From Bigelowiella natans CCMP2755 (lineage: Eukaryota > Protista > Cercozoa), in contig ADNK01003276.1 in NCBI GenBank assembly GCA_000320545.1, positions 115,315-179,314 of the forward strand: 64,000 nt of DNA, given 5' to 3'. Under the pieces are notes generated by a model that made no database searches, was not told the origin of the DNA, and worked only from the letters and a program-made list of their open reading frames with translations. Positions 27,570 through 40,075 of the stretch are shown one piece after another (the first letter of the stretch is position 1; every line of letters starts with the position of its first letter). The position numbers were made by a program, and so were the translations under genes.

Positions 27570-27976
27570 CCACTATCACGAACAACAAGTCGAAGAGCTC
27601 CCAAGAAAATTGTCGAATATTATGAAATAATGCAAAGAAAAGATGAGTCAGACATACGCAAAAACTTCCGAGAAAAAGAAAGATTCTCAATATTCTTCCT
27701 TGACGGTTGAGACTACAGAAACCGTGGGGGGTGATGCAACTTAGCCTCTGTGCATCATCACTGTTGGGCTGAACGACGTGTGCTAGTAAGTGAAGTACCT
27801 CGACAGCAAAGTCCATGACGGTCGGAAAGAATTCTCTCGATACCCAATGCAGTACGAAGTCAAAGTATAAAGCGGTTGCAGGCACCCCGAACAACACGAC
27901 CTTGATAATGTCATTTCGATGAATTGATATGAAATTAATACTAACGAGGGAACAGTACCACACACAAACACACACA

Positions 27977-28007
<31 letters not shown>

Positions 28008-28216
28008 GTACAATGCAGAGATTTTTTAATTTTGGTATTTCCATCCAGTCGTTCTTGCTATCACGCCTCATAGGCCGCATTTTGTTTGTGGTGGTAGTAC
28101 CCAGAAAATTGCGCTACCCATCATTTGATAAGGCACCTAGAAGGATGAGGATGAGGATGAGGATGAGGATGAGGATGAGGCGGTAATTTCTCAATAATCA
28201 AATATCACAGCACACA

Positions 28217-28289
<73 letters not shown>

Positions 28290-28461
28290 GCACAAGGTGC
28301 TACCCTAATAATCGCTTTCTGCAAAAAGGCAAAAAAATCAAAACGAACAAACGAAATGGGAAGTAAGTATAGCTAAGTATAGCAGGTACCCAGTAGAAGT
28401 TCCAGGAGAGATCATACCATACACCGTAAATTACGAGGAATAGAAAATACCTGTGTACGTG

Positions 28462-28504
<43 letters not shown>

Positions 28505-29937
28505 ACGCATAGGATGTGTTCACTACATCCCCGATGTCTTTCATCTACTGCTACTACTACTGCTACTACTACTACTACCACGATTACTCTACCCGAGAAA
28601 CGAGATGGCAAGCACAATTGCCGTGATGGAGGTCCATGTTACAGTAATGAGCATAACCTGTTTTGCGAATGAATGAGATGTCCGCACTCACATCAAGAAG
28701 ATGAGAGAGGAAGATGACTACGCAACAATAGGAAGTGCGAGCACGTAGCAGCAGCAGCAGTAGTAGTATTAGTAGTAGTAGCAGCTGTTGTAGTAGTACC
28801 CTGTACTGGACTGTAAAAACAAGGCACGAGAACACCAGAGTTCCGAACACGTAGAGGCCTCCCAAATCCGTCTGTGAGGGAGAGTGGCGGTGGGGGGAGG
28901 TGGTAAGAGATGACATTTTCATATGCATCATCATAAGCACCAGCTAATCATGAACAATGAGTAGAAATCTTTGTTACTTTTATACTTTAAAATCACGCAC
29001 ACATACATATATCATTTACTTTTATACATTAAATTTACGCACACACACACACACACACACACATAAGTCTTTTTCTTTTGATACAAAATTTATTTCCCAA
29101 GATTCGCAGCCCGCAGCAACAATAAACCCCCAAAAAACCCGACCTGATCCAATCCAAAATAAGAGAAATACGGCCAGAAGACGACGATGAGAGAGTGAAC
29201 GATGGCAACGGCCAGAAGACGACGATGAGAGAGTGAACGATGGCAAGGAGAATGTATTGGATGATGATGCGGGAATTCAGATCCAGGTTCAGCCGCTGAA
29301 TAGATGGATAATCGCAGGAAGTTAGTTTTTTTTCACAATGTTGATGTCAAAGTGCTATGCTCCTCTTCTACGCAATGTTACGATAAATCACCACAACCAC
29401 AACCACAACCACAACCACAACCACAACCACCTCCACCATCATCATCATCATCATCATCATGGTGATATTCGCCATCAGAACTACATATCTCTATCACACA
29501 AACAACCCCACCCCAGTCATGTAGAGCGCAGGGAACATTTCCACAGTTTCTGAACGGACGTCTTGATCCAAGCAGCCGACGGCGCATATAGGAAGCATCG
29601 TGTGTATGTTGAAACTTGTGTATACCTTTCAGGTATAATGATGATGACGACGACGATGAAGATGATGATGAGTAAGACGCATCACGTAAAGCGACAACAT
29701 TATCTGCAACCATTGAATTTCTTTTGAATTACCCACGAATCGTAAAGGGACGTGCCAGAAAAGCCAGTGGTGAAAGAGAAGTAAAGTAATGTGAGCGTCA
29801 AGCAGAAGTTCTTGTAGAAGACGTACGTGATCACCTGATGACGAGTTGTTTGTTGTCACAGGGATGAATCAATTCGGCAATCTTCAAGATAAATACACAA
29901 CCACACGCTCGTGTCCTCGGATGGTGATAATGATGTC

Positions 29938-30009
<72 letters not shown>

Positions 30010-30407
30010 AAACTACACAACCACAACAACAACAACAGCAAAAACCCTACAACTAATAACAATAGTGAAAAACATCGAGATGAACTTCAAGCTGCGTGGC
30101 AAGATTACTTTGCATATTCTTCGGTAGTTCCACCGCCCGTGTACAAGCAGAAGGCGCTGCAGATACTTAAATCTGACAGAATGTTCATGCAAAGATATTT
30201 TGATGACTGGTAGGAACCAATACAACTTCAGTACGACGAAGAGTGGCTGACGGCATGTCTTGTACGACAGCAAACAAACGTCAAAGTATTGAAAGGGGGA
30301 AAGAATCACTAAGATCACATGCACATACACCAAGGGACTCACGATGTACCTAGAAATTGAAAAATCTGACACATTGGCCGCTTGCTGCCCTTCGTTTCCT
30401 GATAAGG

Positions 30408-30445
<38 letters not shown>

Positions 30446-30514
30446 CATATGTATTGTGTAGGAATCCTGATAATCATCAACATTATCGTAAGCATAGACA
30501 CAACCATCCACGTG

Positions 30515-30547
<33 letters not shown>

Positions 30548-30642
30548 AGTCTGTGCGTACTACTACCGCTGATGCCAACTCCGACATGCGCCCTTTGAAT
30601 CATAGTAACCTATGGGAAAGAGCAAATTCGCAAACACAATTA

Positions 30643-30685
<43 letters not shown>

Positions 30686-31355
30686 CTAGCTGATTTCTGG
30701 TTGTTATATTACTACAACTACTACTACTAATACTGCTACAAACATCGTTAGCCCCGTCCCCAATTGCAAGAGTGATAGGCTCAGGCTTGATGCCCTGTCG
30801 CACCTGAGAAGAACAAAGGAACAAGCACAGCGCAGTGATAGTAGTTGGAGAGAAAAATCAATTTAGCAAATTTTTGGTTGAAAGTGTACTTAGCTTTCGG
30901 ATGTCGATGTTCATCAGCAGCAGGTACTCCTCCTCCTCCTCCTCCTCCTCCTCCTCCTCCTATTACTATTACTATTACTACTACTATTACTACTACTATT
31001 ACTACTACTACTACTTCTGCTGCAACTACTACTACCATCTCGACAAGGAGCGACTTTTGCAGAGGACTGACCCTGCACGCAATCACAACCTATAGTGTCG
31101 TCGGAAGAAGAAGAAGAAGAAGAAGAAGAAACAGCGCCATATAAGATGATAAGCGTGGAAGAGGAAGAGGAAGTGGTTGCTCGATGATAACGTGATGATG
31201 CTGCTGCTGCGGCTGGCTACCTTGCACGCCATTCCCAGCTCAAGCAGCATGTTTCGTCGGATCTCGTGTTCCATGATGTGGGTTAGTGTTGGCCCCGTGA
31301 TAACTAATCCCATATTCTTCAGGCTGATCTGTAACACACACACATACACAAACAT

Positions 31356-31393
<38 letters not shown>

Positions 31394-31934
31394 CACGCAA
31401 ACACGAAGGTATTAGGGCCATTTTGGCCTTCTCCTATGTTTATTGCCATGCATGCTACGAGGTGTGAGCTGCTACTACCACCTTATTGATCTCTACTAAG
31501 CTCTGCTGCATACCCACTTTAGCGTCAGCGCCATTATCTGCATAATAATATTTATTATATTGGATTTGGGGGGAGGAAAAGGAGAGGGGGAAAGCCGGGG
31601 TGGGGGGAATTAGCCAGGCTCTGCAACAACATACCATCGTCTGATAGATCTCGTAGTTGCTGTACCTGCGGTTAGCAAATACTTGAGAATCACATCTCCC
31701 AATCTTTAAACAAGCATTATTACTGCTACTACTACTACTACAACTACTACTACTACCAGGCGTTCCAAACGAAGGTTTATCTTGTCGGGCTGTGTTTCAG
31801 TGATCTTGATGACTTTCATGTCAGGGACCAGAACTTTGCAGCTGTAACCTGTAGGTGAGAGGAAAGTAAAAATCATAAATAGGTTATATATCTTCTCCCC
31901 TTTCCGCCTCCCCCTCTCTCTCGCATGCACACGA

Positions 31935-31975
<41 letters not shown>

Positions 31976-32588
31976 GTTGAAGCATGAAGAAACTCGAGCG
32001 TGAGTGTCCACTGACCGATATTGATAGCGGTTTCAACCTTATCGCCAGTTAATACCCAAAGCTTTATTCCAGCCTCAGCAAGATTGGAAATAGTCTTTGC
32101 TACATCCTCCTGCAGCTTATCCTCAATTGCAGTCACTCCAAGGACCTCAATGTTCTTTTCGATCTCCTCTGCACACTCCTCAAGAAGCTGCTTGCGATTA
32201 TCTCCAACTGACAGTGAAGGGAGGAAAAACAATGGAAGGAGCACGTCGTCGTTCAGGTTGGTATCATGCAGAATGAGAGGAGGGCTAGTCGCTGTCTCAT
32301 TCAAAACAGGGTACCTGTTGTAGCAGCGTTATCGTACTTCTGCTTCCAAGCCTTGAACTCCTCATTTGAGAGCTTTCCTGTTAAAAAATGATTGTGATAG
32401 TAATCTCATGATGATGCCGGGAGCGCAATGGCGATGAGGAGTGGCTTGTTGATGTGATAAGAAAGTCATAGAATGCATCTTTTGCACAATCCATACGATT
32501 ATTAGGCTGAATCTTACTTCTTCCCACAAGCAATGTCCGAAGACCCTCTGTCGAGTAGCTGTATATGGATGTAACACGAACGTATCCA

Positions 32589-32624
<36 letters not shown>

Positions 32625-34161
32625 CGTGCATATGCTACTCAAAACAATACCTATTCAGGTGGTTGTTCAACATCTTCTGATCGGTTGTCTTCTCATCACA
32701 ACGATCGAAGATAACGTTATCAGCTCCCTAAAGTCAATCAGACAGTTAGAATAACCCATCGATTTTGCTCAGTGAGATGACGCCGCATAGAAAGATGTTT
32801 GAGTGGCTTGAGACCGTCACAACGGGGCACAACACACCGCACAATCAGCAGCTGCAACAACATATTTATGCACTTACGATATGCACTACTACGTCCATCC
32901 TACCTTGATGAGGAGCTCGTAGCTACCATCAGGCATCTTTGCGACGACAGACATTCTACGTGTATGCACGATATTTGTGAATGCGTGATGAAAGAAAGGA
33001 GATTGATAGAGAAAGTGCGGAGTGATTTGTACATATGTGTGTGATGATACCCCTTTGATTTTCAGGAGAGGTATACTTGGTGTTGTTATGAGTTAACGAC
33101 TGCTACGACGGCAACAATGATGACGACGACATCGAAGATGAGGACCAACCTTTTCCTTTTTGAGTTGAAGGAGTTAATAGCTTCGATCTGGTATGTCCTC
33201 GGTTTGTTCTCCCACGCAACTGTAACCTCCACCTGCTCACCACGCCTCGTATTGAACCTTTGAGGACAATGAAGACAATAATAGTTATTTTGAGTGTGCG
33301 AAGGAGGTCAGGAAAGATTCAGCTTGAGCACGTGTGATGTGTGCTGTGCTGTCGCATGAGTGGAGTTTCAACGCGCGTTCTTACCTGTATCCAACTTCAG
33401 CCGCGCCATCAACAAGCGCTGCCTCGTCGGGACTCTCCGCTTGATATGCCTGATGATGCAGGATTTGTGTAAAAAGATCAATTTCATATATTCTACTTCT
33501 CTCTTCCTCTCCCCTCTCCTTCACCCAGCCTTTGGTAGTACCCCCTCTTTATCAGTCACGACGGTGTGGGAGACTGCCAAAACCTTTTAGTTAGATTAAG
33601 GAGGAGAAGGAGGGAAAAACATGGCCCGAAAACACTTATTAGGCTTATCAGACACTCGCAACAAATCTTTTGGAACGAAAAGATTAACGACGTATTCTCC
33701 GATCCTATATTGCGACTCCTACTCTCTACTTACTGTACTTACTTACTTACCACAAAGAAGTCCTCGATTTGCTTGTCCGTGCCTTTGTTTAGCATCTTAC
33801 ACAGAAGATTAGTGTCAAAGTCTTTGGCTTCAGTGTTCCCAAAGCCTACCAAATATTGCCATCCAATAGATAAATACAAAAACCACAGGCCCACGGAAAG
33901 AGAAAGAGAGAGGCAGAAACTATTAACAACTTTTCTGTCCCCCCCCTCCCTCTAATTCTATGTGTTACTTGATTCGCCAACAGCGACTTTCTTCAGCTTC
34001 ATGACGTTCTGTGTGAGCGTCCCGGTCTTATCCGAGAAAATGTACTCGATCATGCCTGCAGATACAGGGAGAAGGCAGAGGAGGAGGAGGAGGAGGAAGG
34101 GGTGATGGCAAGACAAGAATGTAAGCAATGCATATGCAGCCGCAGAACTACGAAGAAAAGT

Positions 34162-34202
<41 letters not shown>

Positions 34203-34773
34203 TGTCGCCACTTTGGTTGGTTGATGGCGTATAGAACATTTTCCATGCATTTCTTACCCAACTCTTGACAAAGATTTGAGGCCCGGCAAGACGCAGCGGT
34301 GTCCGTTTCCTCGCAGTAAATCGTGATGTCGTTGTTGATGAAGACACCTAAATTGTACATATTAGAAATATTATATGTATATATATCGGCCTTTGTTTAG
34401 CAGCTCAGCGCCAACCTTGGAGGAGGTTGCAAAGGTCCATCGTGACGTAGATGTTGATCGGGACAAAGTTGTTAAATAGAATGAAGTACGACAACCAATA
34501 CGCTAAACCGTTTGGGAATACATATCCTGAGGAGGAGGAGGAGGAGGAGGAGGAGGAGGAGGAGCGGGTAACCGACGACAATGGCGAGAAGAAGAAGAAG
34601 AAGAAGAAGAAGAAGATTCAGAGAGAACGTCTCAACTACAACTCGTGCATGTTTGAGATGTAAAATCTGTGATGAAGTCACCTCCTTCATCGTCTCCAGG
34701 AGGGATTAGATACCTAAACACACATGTGTATTTGTATGAATGCGCGTGCACATCGCTCAGACTTTGTGCCAAC

Positions 34774-34811
<38 letters not shown>

Positions 34812-35597
34812 CTTCCTCTTCTTTCTTTTCTTCCATTCAACAAATGGCCGACATATCAGCAAATTTTCAACTCAAAGCTCTAACCGCACCCTCTTCTCCA
34901 TCTTGGCATTCATGCTCATATGATGTTGTATTGGTATTAGTAGTAGCAGTGATAGTAGCAAGAGTATTGTTGACTACCACGTAGAGTAGTAGCCTAAATC
35001 TTCCTTTTTCTCGATATTCTGGGAACTCCAAATCAAAAATCTGTTGTGGTTGGTTCACATATGACTTCAATATACAAATCAGCGATATTAAACTCCATCG
35101 CCAGGGATATGATGTGATATATGCATGTGTGTGAAGAGGGGCTATTAAAGAGGTGGTTGTTGTATGTTTGGTACTACTACCCAATGTCGGCAACAGTGAC
35201 GAGACAGCACTGTGCAAAGATCACGATGTACAGAATCTTGTCCACAGTCTTATCAATTGTCGAACGCTTCACCGGAGGATCTAAGTGCAACATTTTCATA
35301 TTACATTTTTATATATTGATTGCACAGTAGCACTAGTATTCAGTCGTCAACAAGGAAAAAAGGACCAGCGCTGTTCAAGATGATCTTTGTCTGTGCACCG
35401 GTATAAACCACCATTCCAATCGCCTAAAACACATTTAACAATGACAGATGACGATATTAGTCGCTAAATAAAAGCATATAATATGTTCTTGTCGTAAATC
35501 AGTGAATCTACACATTTTAACCTGAGTTTTTTTCATATATTGATGAGATATACACTTTGTAGGACAGCATCCTCCATTAGCACAATCGCCCAGTACC

Positions 35598-35639
<42 letters not shown>

Positions 35640-36045
35640 ACACACGCACCCAAGTTGTGTTTCTGAGAACAGAGCCACGATGTAAGAACTGCGGCAAAGA
35701 ACATGGGAATTCCTCTCCTCCTACTCAACAAGACGATGGATGGTACATTTCAGTACTAACAAGGCCAGTGCAAACCGCAAAGTGCTTACCGCATTTAAGC
35801 GTCGCCATGAAAGAGTCGATGCCTGCCAAAACACAACAACACAACGCGGAATAATAGAAGAATATTTAGACGTTTTTCCCACTGCAAAGGCCGAGTGATC
35901 TGAAGCTCCTCTCTGTACATATGAGCATGTTGCAAATATGTGCGAGTATCTCGGGGGTTAGGCAGTTGAATGATAATTTGGAAGGGGGGGGTATCTCGAT
36001 TCAATAGTACGTGGAACAAGTCGTCGTTGTCATAGTAGTAGTAGT

Positions 36046-36079
<34 letters not shown>

Positions 36080-37949
36080 TCATGTGTCCACGACCTGCAT
36101 TCGGAGCAGCAGCCTTGCAACTAATTTCAGTGTTACAAGCGTTTCTCATCGCTGCTGCAGCGTCCGATTTGTCGCTGGCTTGGATACGGTCAGAAATCTT
36201 CTTAGGAGCCGAGCTGCCAATGAATAAATAGTGTGAGGTCACATGTCTCGCACTAATGATGAACAGAAATTAAACTGATTCGAAGAGCGATTTTTGGTTA
36301 TAATTTTACATGTGTTCCTCGACACACGTATGTGCAATAGCGTGTGGTAGTGTTCTTCTTCGTGTAATAATAAATCATATAACCGTAGCTTGAGATTCGT
36401 CTCTCCATCGATGTTAGCTGTCTCCACGTACGCGTTGCCATCAAGCTACAACATACAGCAGCACATCCACAACAACAACAACAACAAATCACATTTGAAA
36501 TATACGCTCAAAACAACAGCCGATGGCTCGACAGGCATTGTGTGAACAACGAGTCAATAATACGCATAGAGTCAATACGCATAGAAAGAAATGACTGCCA
36601 GGCTCAACCAACCTCTGAGGAAGTAAGGAGCACGAGGTCGGATGGGAATGCTTCTCCATTTCGTACAAATACTAAATCTCCGACACAGAAATCAGCCTGA
36701 TGAGAGTTAGCAACCGTGACAAGTATATCGTTAAGTGACCTCGGGCCGTGTACTAGAGATTTCTTTAATCTCTCGGATTTGTTATATTCCTTGTGCGTCT
36801 CTCATTTGCAGCTTGCTTATTTTATTCGTGGCAAACCCATGAGATCAGCTCTTCTGTGGGAGATTTTGACTCTGAAGGTAAGAACTGGATTCTATTGCCA
36901 GAAGTTTGGTTTGTCTCGCGATCTGATCATTATTATATCGTAAAACGCATTAAATGGAGAAGATGCATCAGACCAGTAGTAAGTAGCCCTTCTGGGTTTG
37001 ATGGTGAATGTGTGATGATGATGTAAAAACATGATTTGCAACTGTTTAGAAAGCAATGCCCACCTTTCTTCCATCTATAGTAGTCGTCCCTCGCTTCAAA
37101 ACACATCGACAATCCGACAACAAAGAGTAGAACCATGATCATGGACCTAAAGTTAAATTTTATCGCACGAGTCAGATCATTACAACACCACCAATGGAAC
37201 GGCCGAAGGAAACTTTGTTTTTGGAAGATTGAAGGAGTGATAACTACCATGATTCTAACGGGGACGGATAAAGTGTAGAAAATTCCCCAATCACCTAATT
37301 ACAATCCACATGTTGAATCAAGAACAACATCACGATGCGAAGAAGACATACATGACGGGTAAGCTATTGATAAGAAGCGTATGACATTGTTAACTCTACC
37401 ATGATAAAGGTTTGGATGAGGAAGTAGATGTTCCCAAGTCGTTGAAACTGCCCGCAGAATGAACGAGGTAGGAAGTCATACCTGTGGCAATTATACCAAT
37501 ACATTGCATGATTACTTTGAGACAGATGGTTATATGAAAAGATGATGCCAGCGTACCAGGTGTACTTCGCCGTCCGAATTCCGTTTTTGACGAAGGGGCT
37601 GGGCAATTCTCTAGATGACAGCAAGAAATAGGAGAAGCGCGACGTATTAGACGGTATATAATCTGTGCAAATGCTTCTGTTAGAGCCTGCACCTGTTGTT
37701 GGCCCTGAAGTAATCTTCTTTCTCTTTGAATGTTGAGGGACCTGAAGGAAAAGATCATTATTAATACCAGAGTACAGCTAGTGAGATTGAACCATGTTCG
37801 TGTGTGTTACTACTTAAGAACACCTGATCTTATTTCCCTTAGTTGATCGTCTGTGGCTGCTCCGAACCTGAGATTTTTTGCTTGACATTAGTACCACCAT
37901 GAAATATCTAATCAGACTGGAAGGCTGACCACGACGAAACAGCTCCCAT
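26261..37949 (-). CDS. P4-type ATPase phospholipid flippase (ATP8A/Drs2/ALA-like), many exons; start tentative (MGAVSSW)
   Basis: NGIRTAKYT; [12 protein letters not shown] (~36400); FVPINIYVT; [11 protein letters not shown] (~34010-34040); [11 protein letters not shown]; KGADNVI; TAIEDKLQ; [14 protein letters not shown]; CRVSPLQK; IGDGANDV; GNEGQQAA; [15 protein letters not shown]; C-terminal GFDFS (~26820-26835; cf. Drs2 GFAFS). Confidence 0.95.
29171..29246. repeat. Exact 38-bp tandem duplication inside a P4-ATPase coding exon
   Basis: cggccagaagacgacgatgagagagtgaacgatggcaa occurs at 29171-29208 and 29209-29246, identical. Confidence 0.95.
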
Positions 37950-38561
37950 AGGATGAACACGAATATTTGTAAAGGGGATCTCTTCGAGAAACCCTCTTCA
38001 AATGCCTCTGATTATTCCTGCTGCCTCTCGCTGATCAGATTTCTGGGGGAAACCGTGGTAGTATCTCCTGTTCTTGGCCAGTTACGATGTCAGACTTCAG
38101 CCATAAGCACGTTTATTTTTATCAGCAGTGTGCATTACCGCCTCAAATTGTATTCAATGTATCCATTTTTTATCATAAAATGTAAAAATGGTACACGTTA
38201 TCAATGGGAAATAATAAAAACATGAGTATTTATGAGAACGACATCCCTTTTCCGTCACGCAGATGTACGAGTCGTACGTCGTATAATATTTCATGGATCT
38301 AAATCCGGGATTATTAGTGAAACCGCAGGCATTTTTATCTAGTTGTATTTTGGTTGCTGCGACAAGGAATTTGCAGAAAACTGGATCTAGACTAACAGAA
38401 GCTTGTCGTGTAGAATTTTATTTGGTGCACTAACTTCAAGTTGATGCCGTCGAAAAGGTAAAAAATAATGACATTGATTATCAGCGACAACAAGCCATTG
38501 TTGTCGCATACATTAAATACCAGTAGGACGATATTTTCCTCCCCACAAACCAGTCTCTGTG

Positions 38562-39450
38562 ATGATTCATTTCATCCTCCTCCAGGTAGAACTGATGCAT
38601 GCACACTCGATGTGTATCAGTTTCATACTCATGTACATACTACTTGCCGTTTACATCGTTTCCAAGTCTACAAATCTAACGATGGAAAAATGTTTTAGAA
38701 CAAGCAGGGTAAAACTCGCATTAGTAAATGGTATTCGCCCTTCGAGCATGAAGAGAAGAGAAGACTTGAGAGTGAAATCCACAGGGTTCTCATTCGAAGG
38801 TTGTCACTCAAAATGTGCCATAGCTTTATGCGATGGAAGTGTCCTGATGAGATTGTATTCTGTGCATAAAATTCTATTGGACTGGTGCTAAATGCATTAC
38901 ATTCATTTCATGTAGACCCACGAAGTTCTCATCTTTCATCGAGTTTCGTAAATATACTCTGGTATGTTCTAATGGTTAGAATGTTCATACAAAGTTTAAT
39001 TCATTTATTCTTTTCATTCTTTAAGGTGTACCGCCGCTATGCTGGTAAACAGTAAACAATGCAAACACAAATAGTTATTTGTTTAACTTTCAACATCTTC
39101 ATGACAGTCGTTTCTAATAAATATTTGTTTTTATATCGAAGGACTGTACTTCACTCTCTGCGTAGGTCTGCCCCAATACATTTTAAAATTTGATATGTGG
39201 TGAAATATAATGCGTGAATTTAGATCCGAATGACAACGAACTCTCCTACCTCGAAGCAATTCACCTTTTCGTCGAAATTTTAGATAAATATTTCGGTTCT
39301 GTATGCGAGCTGGATCTTGTTTTCGGTTTCTATAAAGTTTTTGCGCTTTTGGATGAATTTGTTTGCGGAGGCGAAATCCAAGAAACCAGCAAGAAGATTG
39401 TTATGGGGCGCATAAGAGCGTTAGAAGATCATGAGAAGAAGAGTAAGTAA
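38562..39450 (+). CDS. AP2S1: Clathrin adaptor small (sigma) subunit, AP-2 type
   Basis: Spliced: MIHFILLQ|[12 protein letters not shown]...|VYRRYAG|LYFTLCV|[39 protein letters not shown]...[17 protein letters not shown] and ELDLVFxFYKV favour sigma-2. Confidence 0.9.
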
Positions 39451-40075
39451 AATTTAATTTCATCAGCTCTATAGTCTTCATAATCAAGTCTCCGCAATTA
39501 CCGAATTTTGAGGATTCTGGGGCCACTACTATGGTGTCCTACTGCAGCATGCATACCTCGTTAAAATTGTTGGCGAAAGTCAGAGTGATGTTACACAGGA
39601 GACTACATTTGCTGCTACTAGGCTACGCAATGAGCTCTTCCGTGCATGTTTCCTAAAATGCATAGCTTCGCAAGATGAAAGCATGGGCACATTTGTGTAT
39701 GTATTGTCCGATTCCGATTGATACCTCACTAGCTAGCTAGCTCATTTAAACTTGTAAATGGTCAAGCAAGCAAGACGCAATTTCACTTTGGATTTGCAAG
39801 AAGCTGGCTAGCTAGAGCTGTGTAGTTCCATGCTCACTTCCTACAAATGTCATGAGCATGCTTCCGTCTCTAATGCGTCTTTGCAAGTTGCAAAATTTTG
39901 AAACAGGATGCGATCACATCTAGACATTGCAAGCACAGTTTCAATGAACGCAGCTGTTTGCTGCCACCTTTGCAGAAAAAGGGTTTCTGTCATGCAAAAT
40001 CTCACAGAATGTGAGGCATCCAAAACATGTCACAGGGATAACATCGAGAGAACCAAGCGAAATGAATTGTGTTGA

